A stretch of 64,000 nucleotides of DNA from contig NC_043013.1 in assembly GCF_006345805.1 (NCBI RefSeq), forward strand, positions 11,842,001 through 11,906,000, given 5' to 3'. Position numbers and translations under genes: made by a program. This document shows, piece after piece, positions 24,978 through 37,322 of this stretch. The DNA is from Octopus sinensis. Its lineage: Eukaryota. The notes beneath the pieces were generated by a model. It ran no database searches. It was not told the DNA's origin and worked only from the letters and a program-made list of their open reading frames with translations. Position 1 is the first letter of the stretch. Each line of letters begins with the position of its first letter.

Positions 24978-26375
24978 ACACATAGACACACAAATATATA
25001 CATGTTTTTGCATTTCATCTATTCAGTATACTTTATATATTGATCTGTCTAATTTGCTTTGCTTATCACCCCACATATATTTATATACTTATATATATAT
25101 ATATATATATAATATATATATATAATATTAATATATATTATATATATATAGTTTAATTTATTTATTTATATATGTATGTAGGTATGTATATGAATGTATA
25201 TGTATATATGATATATGTATAAATATATATATATATAATATATATACATAATAAATTTATATATATAGCCACATATACATATATGATGGTCATACGTATA
25301 TACATAGACACACATAACATACATAGAGAGATATTCATATAGACACATATGTCTATAAACGCGTGTATAGTAGTGGCCAAAAGTTATACACATATATCTA
25401 TATATTTTTAATAAATCATACACGTGTAATCTCGAAAATTTTTGCTGATTAATAAAGGAAATCACGTCTTTTTTTATTGATATCTGCTTTTTATTTTTAG
25501 TCTATTTATTTCCTTTTTGTTTTGTTTTTCAAATGTCTCTTTCACACACTAACTGATATACACACGGTAAGATAAAAACTCTAATATGTACAATTATACA
25601 CTTTTATAAATATTAATATAAATACTTCCATACATTAAGCATAAATGATTATCAATTTCCGTTTATGAACACATTATATGGAATACTTAATTATTGTGAT
25701 TAAGTTGTAATTTTGTTTCTTTTAATATATATAAATCATTTTTCAATATACAAATTCATTAATCACTAGAAAAAAAAATATATCTTTGTATAATGATTTG
25801 CTATAACATTAATCATAATATTACTGATATCATGGCATTATATTTATCGTACTATAATATTAGTAGAAAGATAACTTATACCATGCTATTATATTTGTTT
25901 TTGTTTAATATAAGAGAGAAAAATACAAAATTCTATGAGTGAATGAACAAAAAATATTGAAGTTTTCATTGAAAATTATATGTATATGACATAGTACTTA
26001 ACAAATATTTTCACATACACGCCATATGTATGCTCACCCAAACACGTACATAGGCTCCCCCCTCACACATACACAAACATACATACTGGGTGTGTTGAAT
26101 AAGATACCAAAATTTTAAAAACATTACATCAAACCATCGGCACCTCGTGTGGATATATCGTTAGATGACGTTCCTTCATTATCTAATAGAGTCTTTCTGT
26201 CTCTTCATTAAAGGAACAAGGTTTGGAATTAAATGAGAGGAGTAGGTCATTTACGTTGGTCCCAGTGCTCAATTGGCACCTATTTTATTAACCTCAAAAT
26301 CTATAATCTTATAACAACCTCATCATGCAATGCCCGTTAAGCAGACCATCATTACCTGCTAGAGTGAATGTAATA

Positions 26376-26635
26376 ATAAATAAAAATGCGCCCTTTTAAA
26401 ACCTACCCAGGATCATGGGCCCGGTTTCCCGGTTTCAATGGTGTATATGTTCCCCAGCTGGACGAGACGGCAATCCATCGCAGCGTTACTCATTTTTGCC
26501 AGCTGAGTGGACTGGGGCAACGTGAAATGAAGTGTTTTGCTCAAGAACACAACGCGTCGCCCGGTCCAGGAATCGAAATCACAATCATACGATCATGATG
26601 CTGACACCCTAACCACTAAGCCACGCGCCTCCACA
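26376..26635 (-). mobile_element. tRNA-derived SINE, family C1
   Basis: A box TGGCTTAGTGG, B-box-like ATTTCGATTCC, CORE-like GTGTTCTTGAGCAAAACACTT, tail GAAACCGGGAAACCGGGCCCATGA. Confidence 0.85.
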
Positions 26636-27214
26636 TAGTGTGAATGTGAATGCTTATTTAATGCTTTTGGTGATTTGTCACAAGTTGAATAACGAACATT
26701 TTAGACAGCATTAATGTGTACACTCGTCATAACACTTTTACGGGTAATTCTCATCATTTTGACGACAAACACCTTTTCCTGCTAATTAGATACCTCATGT
26801 TTTTAGCTGTCAGTTGTGCAACGAAATTTACATGACGATATTTACATGACGATATGTATAACCACTGACGATATGCCATAAAAAATTTACATGACGATAT
26901 GCCATAAAAAATCTCAAGCACATACATTCGGACAGCTTTTGAAATGAATTCATTGGACGATAAGTAAAGATAATTTATACGGTTTTTTGCTAGATTGTTA
27001 ATGTTTTAATTTTTATTTACCTGACGATTTCAGAGATTTATTTCTTTTAATTATGTTTTGAAATACAAGGTTTCACCGCAAAATTGACATAATTTGAAAT
27101 GTGAATATCATAGACAAATTGTCCGAGGCAAACGAGGCTTCATGTTGGGCAATAAAAGATTTATTTATCAAAATTCGAACAAGCGATTCAGAGTGATGAA
27201 AATTTTATAACCGA

Positions 27215-27450
27215 TTTAACAAATATTTAATATGCGCACCGCCTGTGACACGACACATGTCGGTAGTCAAGCTCCTGCCAAACACGTTGTAGCATGTCTT
27301 CTGTAACATTGTACAGCACCTCAGTGATTTTTTGCTGAGTTCCTCTAAGCTTGTAGGAACAGGTGAGATGTAGACCAGTCCTTACACATAGCTCCATAGA
27401 ATAAGATCACAAGGAGTCAAGTCAGTTGAATATAGTGACCATTTGAACAA
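27215..27450 (-). pseudogene. Tc1/mariner-superfamily transposase C-terminal fragment
   Basis: WSLYSTDLTPCDLILWSYV..VY.SPVPTSLEELSKKITEVL..VTEDMLQRVWQELDYR matches the WPxxSPDLxPxDFFLWGYVK class. Confidence 0.8.
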
Positions 27451-28623
27451 CGAATTATCATTATTACTGGCATGCCTGATCCCAATGTAATTCGTTTTTA
27501 CATGTTGTTAAAAGTTGAGATCATTTGAGCGAGAATTTTCTATGTTATTAGACTACGAAATGCAGTCAATTTTGGGGGGATGGTGGTCATCCTGTATTGT
27601 ACCTTTTACCGTTTACATATTTCAGACATTAGACTACAGTTACGCAAGGGCACTGCCGTGAAGGATTTTACTCGAGTAAATTGATCCTAGTATTTATGTT
27701 TCTTTAAGCCTGATAGTTATTCTCATGGCCGAGCCGCTAAGTTTCGGAGACGTAAGTAAAACAATACTGGTTGTTATGCAGCGATGCATAACTAATACAG
27801 TCGCACAAACACACGCACACTAATAGAAAGCGCTTACACACTAGGAAAAAACCCCTCTATATTCGAACAAACAAAGTCTTTGGCCTTATTTGAGAATATT
27901 TACTTCATAATAAAGAGTACAAATAAGTACAAAGTATAGATAAAGTATTGAACAGTTATTGCAGATGAGTAAATTTTTTAAAGCTGTTTCTAGAATAACT
28001 TTAGCAAGTGGATCATGTTAATTTGAAACGAATTCACGTAATCCAAGTATCCGATAGTCGGGGAGAACAGATCAGAAACGGCTGTGAGAGACTTTACTCA
28101 TCTAAAATACCAATTCTATGCTTTATATAATATCTATAACTTCTTTGTACTTTTTAGTATAAAGCAAATTTTAAATATCCTCAAGTAACACCAAATGTTT
28201 TACTCGTCCATATTCCATTTTTGATCAATGTATAACCACTGAATCAAGTACCACTTCTAGTCACCATGGATAGGCAATTTCAACAGTTCATTCCTATTTG
28301 CACTTGAAGCCGGAGTTTTAATGATAAACCAACCTAGGCACTCACTGTAAACCCCACTTAATATACGTCAATAGAGGTACAATACTTACATTTCTTCTAT
28401 ATATGTATATATAAACATCAGAGTTCTATAGAAAAGTCTCTTATATTTAATGCAGGGCTTGTGAAGTTAAATAAGTGGTAATGGTGGTTTCATATAGATA
28501 ATGATTTATCATTCTTTACTTAATTCAACAGAATCGTTGCTGTTTGCTGTTGAGATGTTTATCACTATGCCATTGCAATCACCTGAAAATACACAAATAT
28601 ATACATTAGGATATGTATTAACA

Positions 28624-28671
<48 letters not shown>

Positions 28672-28727
28672 TTATAAATATGTGTATATATATATGTATA
28701 TATATATATATTATATATATATTATAT

Positions 28728-28762
<35 letters not shown>

Positions 28763-28896
28763 TAATTATTTGAGGGAACTTACAGGGAAAAATCAATTTA
28801 GAGATACTAAATCAAATTTCACAAAATATAATATAATATATATATTCATACATACATACATACATACATACATACATACATACATACATAATACAT

Positions 28897-28947
<51 letters not shown>

Positions 28948-28959
28948 CGGAAGCTTTAT

Positions 28960-29155
28960 GAAAATAAACAAACGACGAAGGCAGGTGGAATACAAACAAA
29001 CAATTGTTTTAGTATGGCGCTCAGGAATATAAATAAAACAAGTCTTTTACGTTTCGAGCCTACGCTCTTTAACAGAAAGATACACAGAAAAGAAACACGG
29101 AAAGAAACAAGAAGAGAAAAAAATGCGTGCAGAAGCTAGCGAATCAACATGGCGA
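28960..29155 (-). mobile_element. Penelope-like pLTR-type fragment; minimal HHR fold at 29043-29080 with mutated core
   Basis: UCUUU-CUGUUAA-A-GAGC-GUAG-GCUC-GAAA-CG-UA/AAAGA: perfect stems I and II, palindromic ACGU, core deviates from CUGANGA at 2 positions. Confidence 0.65.
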
Positions 29156-29670
29156 TATATTTATGCATATTTATCTGTATGTATGTATGTTTGTTTCTTT
29201 GTATGATTTTTGCACAAATTTGAGTCAAACTAATGTCCAGAATCAGTGCACAGTATACGAAGGGAAATTTTAATTTAATGCTTGCTCGAGAGAAGAAAAT
29301 AATAACCCTTTATATATTGCGGGGACCTTAACAGTGACAGAAATGAATCTTAACCAGGAGGGAAATCATCTCTGATGAAATAGCTAAAGTGCACACCATT
29401 CTGCGAACTTTCTATTGATGACGGACAAAATATTTGTTTGACATTAAACAAAAAAAAAAATGGAAGACGTGAGCGACAACTGCAAGACAAAGATGGAAAG
29501 ATATTGGGACATGAAGAAAGAAAGGACCATGAAAGAGAATGATTTATGAATGTGAAATTAATAATTAAACAGGAAGAATTATGAAACGGAATCAGTTATG
29601 AAAGAGACGAATGAAAGAGGGAAACAAAGAAAGCGAGAAAGAAAGGAATAAAAAATAGTATAAAAGAAAA

Positions 29671-29970
29671 TTTGTTCCTTCTCGAGCCACGCCTGGCTCA
29701 CAAGGGCCGGTTTTCCGGTTTCCTTGGCGTATAGGTTCCCCACTTAGACGGGACACCGGTCCGTCGTAGGTGAACTGTAAGATGCTGGAAGAAAGAGTGA
29801 GAGAAAGTTGTGGCGAAAGAGTCAGCAGAAGTTCGTCATTACTTTCTGCCGGAGCCGCGTGGAGCTTAGGTGTATCGCTCATAAACACACACATCGCCCG
29901 GTCTGTGATTCGAACCCGCGATCCTTCGACCGCGAGTCCGCTGCTCGAACCACTAGGCCATGTGCCTTCA
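29671..29970 (-). mobile_element. tRNA-derived SINE, family C2
   Basis: A box TGGCCTAGTGG, B box GGTTCGAATC, tail GAAACCGGAAAACCGGCCCTTGTGAGCC similar to the 26376 copy. Confidence 0.85.
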
Positions 29971-30107
29971 CATAAAAGAAAATAGTAGATGAAAATATCC
30001 ACATAGTAGTCACACGAAAACAAGGCAAAAATAAAAGAGAATGATGATAATGAAAAAGAAACGGGAAAAACTGTAATGATAATAATGGTTTAAAATTTTA
30101 AGACAAG

Positions 30108-30281
30108 GCCAGCAAATTCAGCAGAGGGGGCAAGTAGATTACACTGACCCCAGTACACGGCTGGTACTTGTTTTATCGCCCCCAAAATAATAAAAAGTAA
30201 AGTCAGCCTCAGCGGAATTTGAAATCAGTTCATAAAGTCGAACGAAATGCCGCTAAGTATTTAGCTCGGCGTGTTAACGAT
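30108..30281 (-). mobile_element. Degenerate SINE family A
   Basis: GACCCCAGTACACGGCTGGTAC..CAGCGGAATTTGAA..GAAATGCCGCTAAG. Confidence 0.75.
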
Positions 30282-30299
30282 AGTATTAACAATACTACT

Positions 30300-30725
30300 A
30301 TGTCAGGTAGTCATTTTTACCTTACTGCTTCTTAGTGCAAGTTTTGAAGAGTGCAGTTTGATGTAAACAGTTATTTTTTCATAGTTATAATGGAAGTGAC
30401 AAATGAACATATTCGGCATATTTTGCTTTATGAGTTCAATGAAGGCAACGATGCAATGGAAAGTGCGAGGAATATTAATCCAGTATATGGAGATCAGACA
30501 ATAAGCATAAGCTAGTGTCAATGGTGGTTCCAGAGATTTCGAACCGAAAACTACATCCTAGTAGACAAGTCTCGTCCTGGAAGATCTGTAGAGCTCGACG
30601 AGGATGTCCTGCAAACCTTGGTGGGACAAAATCTCATCGTAACTGTTGAGGAACTAGCAGAGGAGTTTGGATATGGTAATCCAACCATTCATCGACTCCT
30701 GCGTGCCATCAGAGAAGTCAACAAA
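30300..30725 (+). pseudogene. Mariner transposase N-terminal (HTH) fragment, second family
   Basis: ATG at 30390: MEVTNEHIRHILLYEFNEGNDAMESARNINPVYG...*CQWWFQRFR..DKSRPGR...TVEELAEE; one in-frame stop, truncated at (TA)n. Confidence 0.88.
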
Positions 30726-30822
30726 AAATATATATATCTAGATAGATAGATAAATATATATATATAGATAAAGATATACATACATATATTATATATGCAT
30801 ATATATATATATAAATATAGAT

Positions 30823-30859
<37 letters not shown>

Positions 30860-30890
30860 TGTGAGTGAGTGAGTGTATGAATATGCATGC

Positions 30891-30954
<64 letters not shown>

Positions 30955-30966
30955 TATATATATAAT

Positions 30967-31008
<42 letters not shown>

Positions 31009-31622
31009 GAAGATTAAGGAAAGGAAACATCGTATGTGTAGACGAACTTTAATTCAATTCATAACCAAGTTAATCCCAACCAGTCATTATATTTAGAAAC
31101 ACAATTTTTAAAAATATTGTTTATCCTATTATTTTTATTATCAAATATTATAATGATATATGTGTGTATATATTTGGTCGTCGACGTGCATATGTGAGTG
31201 TACGTGTCAGTAGGTGTATCTGTCTATACGTATAAGTGCGTGAGCCTTTAGCTATATAACTATATATACATGTGTGCTTGTGTGTGTGTATACATATATA
31301 TGTGTGTGTGAGGGATAGAGATAGAGAGAGAGATGGGTGTGTGTGTGAGAGACAGATAGAGATAGAGATAGAGAGAGAAAGAGAGAGTTTGTGTGTGTGT
31401 GTGCGTGCGTGCGTGCGTTGTGCCAATCATCTATCTCTCAAATTAATCTTTTGCCTAAGTTTTTCAATCCTCTGAAGACATCTCTATCTTCTTTTTCCAA
31501 GCCTTTCTTCTTCCCCCGTTTCTCTTTCCCCCCGCATACACACACACAACACACACACACACCACACGCACTCACTCACAAATTCATAGACGCTTATATA
31601 TATGCATACACACACACCACAC

Positions 31623-31655
<33 letters not shown>

Positions 31656-33039
31656 TGCATATATGTTTCTGTGTTTTCGTGCGTACGCGTTTTCGCGTGT
31701 GTGTAAGTGTGCATTGAAAGAGGGAGCGAGAGAGGAAAATAGATGTATAAGTGAATAAAGAGAGCGTAAAACAATAGATCGCGCACTGCCATTGGCTCCG
31801 TTTCATTATTCTTACCTAAACACATGTCTTATCGGCAAAGCCATAAAAACACAACGAAACATTCCATATCGTGACCCTCTTTCTCCTTTCCCTCTTTTCT
31901 CACTCTTTTCTTCTCTCCCATATTCTTTCTGTTTTTCTCTATCTCTCTGTTTTACTCTCTCTCACTCTCTCTCTCTCTCTCTCTTCTCTATGTTTCTCTC
32001 CGTTCCTTTTTAATATCTATTCTCTTTGATAGCTTTTTCTTTCTGATCCTTAGACATCGGGAGAGGCTTGCGGGTGCTTGGTTGGTTTTGTGGTGTGGGG
32101 TGCGGCGATTAGATAGATAAATAAATAAATAAATAAATAAATGAATAAATATTGTACGAAAAGTGTGAGCAAGGAAGCTGTCACACACACACACAACATA
32201 CACACACACACACGTGCACACACAGACATACACACGTATATACAATCATGTATATATGTGTATGTATATAAAGATATATATATGCATATGTATATATACA
32301 TATATAATTCAGTATACGTGTATGTATATGTATATATATATATATGTGGTGTGTGTGTGTACATACATACATTACATACTACATACATCCTTCACAACAC
32401 ACACACACACATACACATATTATATATAACTCTGTATATATAATTGCATAATATATGCATGTAGATATTAGATATATAATATATATATAGATATATAGAT
32501 ATATATATATATACCTACACATATGCATAATATAATAATACATATATGTATATATCGATACACACATACACAAAAATATACTAATAAATATATATATGTA
32601 TATATATGTATATATACATCTATATAATATACTTAAGATATATTAGATATATCTATATCAAGCAGGAGAGAGAGAGAGAGAGAACTTTAGTAAGTAAGAG
32701 ATGGAGAGCCAGACAGAGATGGAGAGTAAGGAAACAGAAGTGAATTCGGACCCCTTTTATGAAGTCAATCTCGTGCTCAGTTACCATTGTATAAGGGGGA
32801 AGAATACGTCATTTTTTTTTTGTCAACTTGCCTGTTGTTGTGGTTTCCCTTTATATTTTTTGCTATTGTTTCTGATGTTATTGTTGTTCCATATTATTGT
32901 TGTTCTTGCTGTTGTTGTTGTTGTCCCTGCTGTTTCTATTCTTGCCATCGATGCCGTTGTTGTGGCTGTTAAAGCTTTCCTTTGTCTTACATTTTCTTCT
33001 CTTCTTCCTCACCTCATTTACTATTCCAAAGGTTTTCCC

Positions 33040-33330
33040 TTTAAACTTCTTCTTCTTCTTCTTCTTCTTTTCTTCTTTTCTTTTTCTTCTTTTTCTTCTT
33101 CTTCTTTCTCTGCTTCTTCTTCTTCTTCTTCTTCTTCTTCTTCTTCTTCTTCTTCTTCTTCTTCTTCTTCTTCATTGTCGCCGTGGTCATCGCCGTCTTC
33201 ATAGCCATCATCATCATCATCATCATCATTTTTTCCTAAGACTTCTTCATTTCGCTTGACAGCATCTTCTAGTACAATTAGAATTATAGTTAACAATAAT
33301 TATATTGTCATCATATCATTAGCATTATTA

Positions 33331-33365
<35 letters not shown>

Positions 33366-33381
33366 TTATTTTATTATTTTA

Positions 33382-33419
<38 letters not shown>

Positions 33420-33437
33420 TTATTATTATCATTATCA

Positions 33438-33512
<75 letters not shown>

Positions 33513-33513
33513 C

Positions 33514-33548
<35 letters not shown>

Positions 33549-33660
33549 ATTATTATTATTATTATTGTTAATATTATCATTATCATTTTCATTATTATTA
33601 TGATTATTATTGTTATTATTATTATTGTTGTTATTATTATCATTATCATTATTATTATTA

Positions 33661-33727
<67 letters not shown>

Positions 33728-33760
33728 CATTATTATTATTATTAACGTTATAATTATTAT
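33040..33760. repeat. (TTC)n followed by long (ATT)n
   Basis: Directly visible. Confidence 0.95.
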
Positions 33761-34431
33761 TCGTCTTATCGTTTTCTTTGTCGAACAGCCGTCAGAACAT
33801 TTGTCTTACAAGAGAAAAAAGTCTGTTGAGAGAAAAATATAAATAACAAACCACATGAAACTACGAATAAAAGACTTTTGAACTACTTATTGTATGTTTG
33901 TATTTATATATATATATATATTTTTAATATTTATTCATTATATGAATATTTAGTCATGGCAATATGTTATATAGCAAGCAAATTGTAAAACAATACAGCA
34001 AAAACACAGATGCACACAAACTTGTATACATACACACCTCAGATGTACGAATGTAAGCTTTTGTTTTGATGTATGTAGAGTTCTGTCGGAGAAAGAAAGA
34101 CCTAAAAAAAAACTACTTACGTCTCTGTTTGCTTATCGTTTCATTAACATTTTCATATAAATTTTTGTCGGGTAAGTTAACACCACGTGAGTCGGATAAT
34201 TTTTCCTGTTGATGTTATTAATTTAAGGTCAACTCAGATAAAATATTGACTATGATATACGCAAGTAGTAGTTTGACTAATCCATCAATATTCCAGTGAG
34301 ATACATCCACTCAGTATTTTCTGCACAACTATAAAGTATATTTCTCTAATTAAGACTTTATGTCGATATTTCAATGGGGAATTTTCCGTTTTTTCTAGCA
34401 TGTTAGGATCCACATGGCTTATCCTGTTAGG

Positions 34432-34485
<54 letters not shown>

Positions 34486-34642
34486 GTGTGTGTGTGTGGG
34501 TGTGTGTGTATGTAGTATGTATGTATCTATGTATGTATGTATGTATGTATGTATATTAATAGTAATGTTATGACAACAAAGGAATGAATGAAAGACCTCG
34601 ATATTATGTAAATAGAAGAATTTATATGTAATATGATATGTG

Positions 34643-34804
34643 ACAATTATTCGGTTGTCATAATAGAACTCCGAGTTTCGGATGTCGGGGCGGAAATCTG
34701 CCCCGGCATCTCTTCACTTATCAAGGCAACTGACGAGATGTCGGAGCAGATTTCCGCCCCGATATCCGAAACTCGGAGTTTTATTATGGCAACCAAATGA
34801 TTGT
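34643..34804. repeat. ~75-bp-arm inverted repeat; each arm carries a hammerhead-like motif
   Basis: Left ACAATTATTCGG...GGCATCTC versus reverse complement of right ACAATCATTTGG...GACATCTC; + strand CUGACGA 34730, GAAA 34768, GUU 34778-34780. Confidence 0.85.
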
Positions 34805-34808
34805 TTCT

Positions 34809-35459
34809 GCAGAAACCGGTCCACGTGAGTCCAGATACTTAAATGTATGTTAGTAGATTGTCTTAAGCTGATTTTGCCTTCGTTTGATTTCTGTAGTTAT
34901 CATCGGTGTATTTTTGGGCGATTTAAAGAGAGTTTTAACTCTTATTTCAAGCTGGTAGACATATTTACTATGTCCTTTGATTAATTTTAATCCCTAGGCT
35001 ATTTAATGCTATTTTTGGTCTGCTATCGCCTGTGTCATTGATTCTGTTAATATCATTTTTAAAATATTTACATTGGATAATAATAGAATTAATGACACCT
35101 TCGTAAATTAATGTTTGAATTATTTTTCTCGTAAATTGTATCGAGATTATTTTACACTGGTGGCTGCTGTGATTTCGGTGCAAAACGATTCAGTTTCGGC
35201 ACAGACTTCTAAACGATGGGTTGGGAATCTCTAATCATGGTAACGCGTGCTGAAGAAGCTAAGGCTTATTTTGCCAATGCAGAAACCGGTCCACGTGAGA
35301 CCAGATATTTAAATGTATGTTAGTAGATTGTCTTAACCTGATTTTGCCTTCGTTTGATTTCTGTAGTTATCATCGGTGTATTTTTTGGCGTTTTATTAAG
35401 AGTTTTGACTGTTATTTCAAGCACGTAGACATACTTACTATGTCCTTTGATTAATTTTA
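34809..35459 (+). mobile_element. Element with 181-bp direct repeats 470 bp apart, carrying a type I HHR motif (35244-35297); Penelope pLTR/retrozyme-like
   Basis: 34809-34989 resembles 35279-35459; CGCGUG-CUGAAGA-...-GAAA-CCGG-UC/CACGUG. Confidence 0.7.
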
Positions 35460-35481
35460 TATATATATACATATATACATT

Positions 35482-35517
<36 letters not shown>

Positions 35518-35531
35518 TATATATATATATA

Positions 35532-35606
<75 letters not shown>

Positions 35607-35629
35607 TATATATATATATATATATATAC

Positions 35630-35668
<39 letters not shown>

Positions 35669-35674
35669 TATATC

Positions 35675-35727
<53 letters not shown>

Positions 35728-35825
35728 TTTTATTTAAAGCCGCAGAAAATTCAACAAAACCTGTTACTCTGAGTTTCCCGTTGCCGTTCATCGGACAGTT
35801 TTTGCTAGAATAATGTATATATATA

Positions 35826-36300
35826 TGTTTATTTATTGCCCACAAGGAGCTACACATAGAGGTGACAATAAGGACTGACAAAGGGATTAAGTCGATTAAA
35901 TTGACCCCAGTGCGTAACTGGTATTTAATTTATCGACCCCGAAAGGATGAAAGGCAAAGTCGACCTCGGCGGAATTTGAGCTCAGAACGTAGCGGCAGAG
36001 GAAATACCTATTTCTTTACTACCCAAAAGGGGCTAAACACAGAGAGGACAAACAAGGACAAACAGATTAAGTCGATTATATCGACCCCAGTGCGTAACTG
36101 GTATTTATTTAATCGACCCCGAAAGGATGGAAGGCAAAGTCGACCTCGGCGTAATTTGAACTTAGAACGTAGAGGCAGACGAAATACCGCTGAGCATTTC
36201 GCCCGGTGTGCTAACGATTCTGCCAGACGATTCTGCTAACGATTCTGCCAGACGAAATACGGCTACGCATTTCACCCGGCGTTCTACCAGCTTACCACCT
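35826..36300 (-). mobile_element. Two tandem family A SINEs with rearranged/duplicated head
   Basis: Body repeated at ~35890-36000 and ~36065-36225; ACGATTCTGCCAG repeated 36214-36252. Confidence 0.88.
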
Positions 36301-37092
36301 TCTATACGATAATGTTATTTCATTTTCTGACTAATAAATATACTCGCAAGATTTAGGTTCGTTCGGCGCTATAGAAGAAAAGATTTACTTAAGGCGCTAC
36401 ACAGTGAGACCCAACCCAGAACAATGAGGTTGGAAAACAAACTTTTTGCAACACCAGTGACTGAAAGTAACATCCACAGTTCTTAATAGAATTGTCATGC
36501 GCCCGTGTTCTCCGCCTGTGATTCAGATATTAAAAATACGCAACTAAATTTTAAGTTCTCTGTTCCAATTATGGTGGTGTCTACCTTTGATTCTTATACT
36601 CAGAATTCGATAAAACATATAAAATATATATCTGCTTTTATTGTTGTTGATGTTGTTGTTGTTGTTGTGGTTGTTTCAGTCTCTGTAGCTCGATCGATGT
36701 GACCTATGTTCAAAAGAATTCCAATTAGCACAGTTCTGTTTTACTCTCTTAATAATAAAAAAAAAAGCTGCGGAGGTGTCATTTGAGAGAGATTTAGCTG
36801 GTGTCTCTGGTTTATAAAACATCTGTAAATATGCTCCCACGTTTGCACCAATATCTATTCGCTAGTATTGTTATTCCTGGTGTTTATCTCCGAGTAAGCC
36901 TTTATTGACAAGTTATATCCCCCATTTCATTCCCATGGTGGCAATCTCACCTTTCTAAACCCACTATCGCAAGTACTCATTCTTTTTAATGAAAAAGGGT
37001 GTATTCTAGAGGTTACTTGACTGATATTTCTAGCAAAGAGAGCACTCCTTTCTCTGAACCATCCTTGGTGGCGCATATATATGTAACAGTCA

Positions 37093-37322
37093 AGGCGCCG
37101 AGCTGGCAGAAAGTTTAGCGCGCCGGGCGAAATGCTTAGCAGTATTTCGTCTGTCGTTACGTTCTGAGTTCAAATTCCGCCGAGGTCGACTTTGCCTTTC
37201 ATCCTTTCGGGGTCGATAAATAAAGTTCCAGTTTCGCACTGGGATGAATGTAATCGACTTAATCCCTTCGTCTGTCCTTATTTGTCCCCTCTATATTTAG
37301 CTCCTTGTGGACAATAAATAAA
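37093..37322 (+). mobile_element. Near full-length SINE family A
   Basis: AGGCGCCGAGCTGGCAGAAAG..GAGTTCAAATTCCGCCGAGG..tail TTTAGCTCCTTGTGGACAATAAA. Confidence 0.9.

Noticed and set aside
28517-28582. Minus-strand exon-like segment GDCNGIVINISTANSNDSVEL with a good acceptor
   Set aside because: Isolated, moderate donor, no compatible neighbour; cannot be distinguished from chance
29890-29970. tRNA gene
   Set aside because: A and B boxes present but no acceptor-stem closure or poly-T terminator; it continues into a SINE body, as do the other tRNA-like heads
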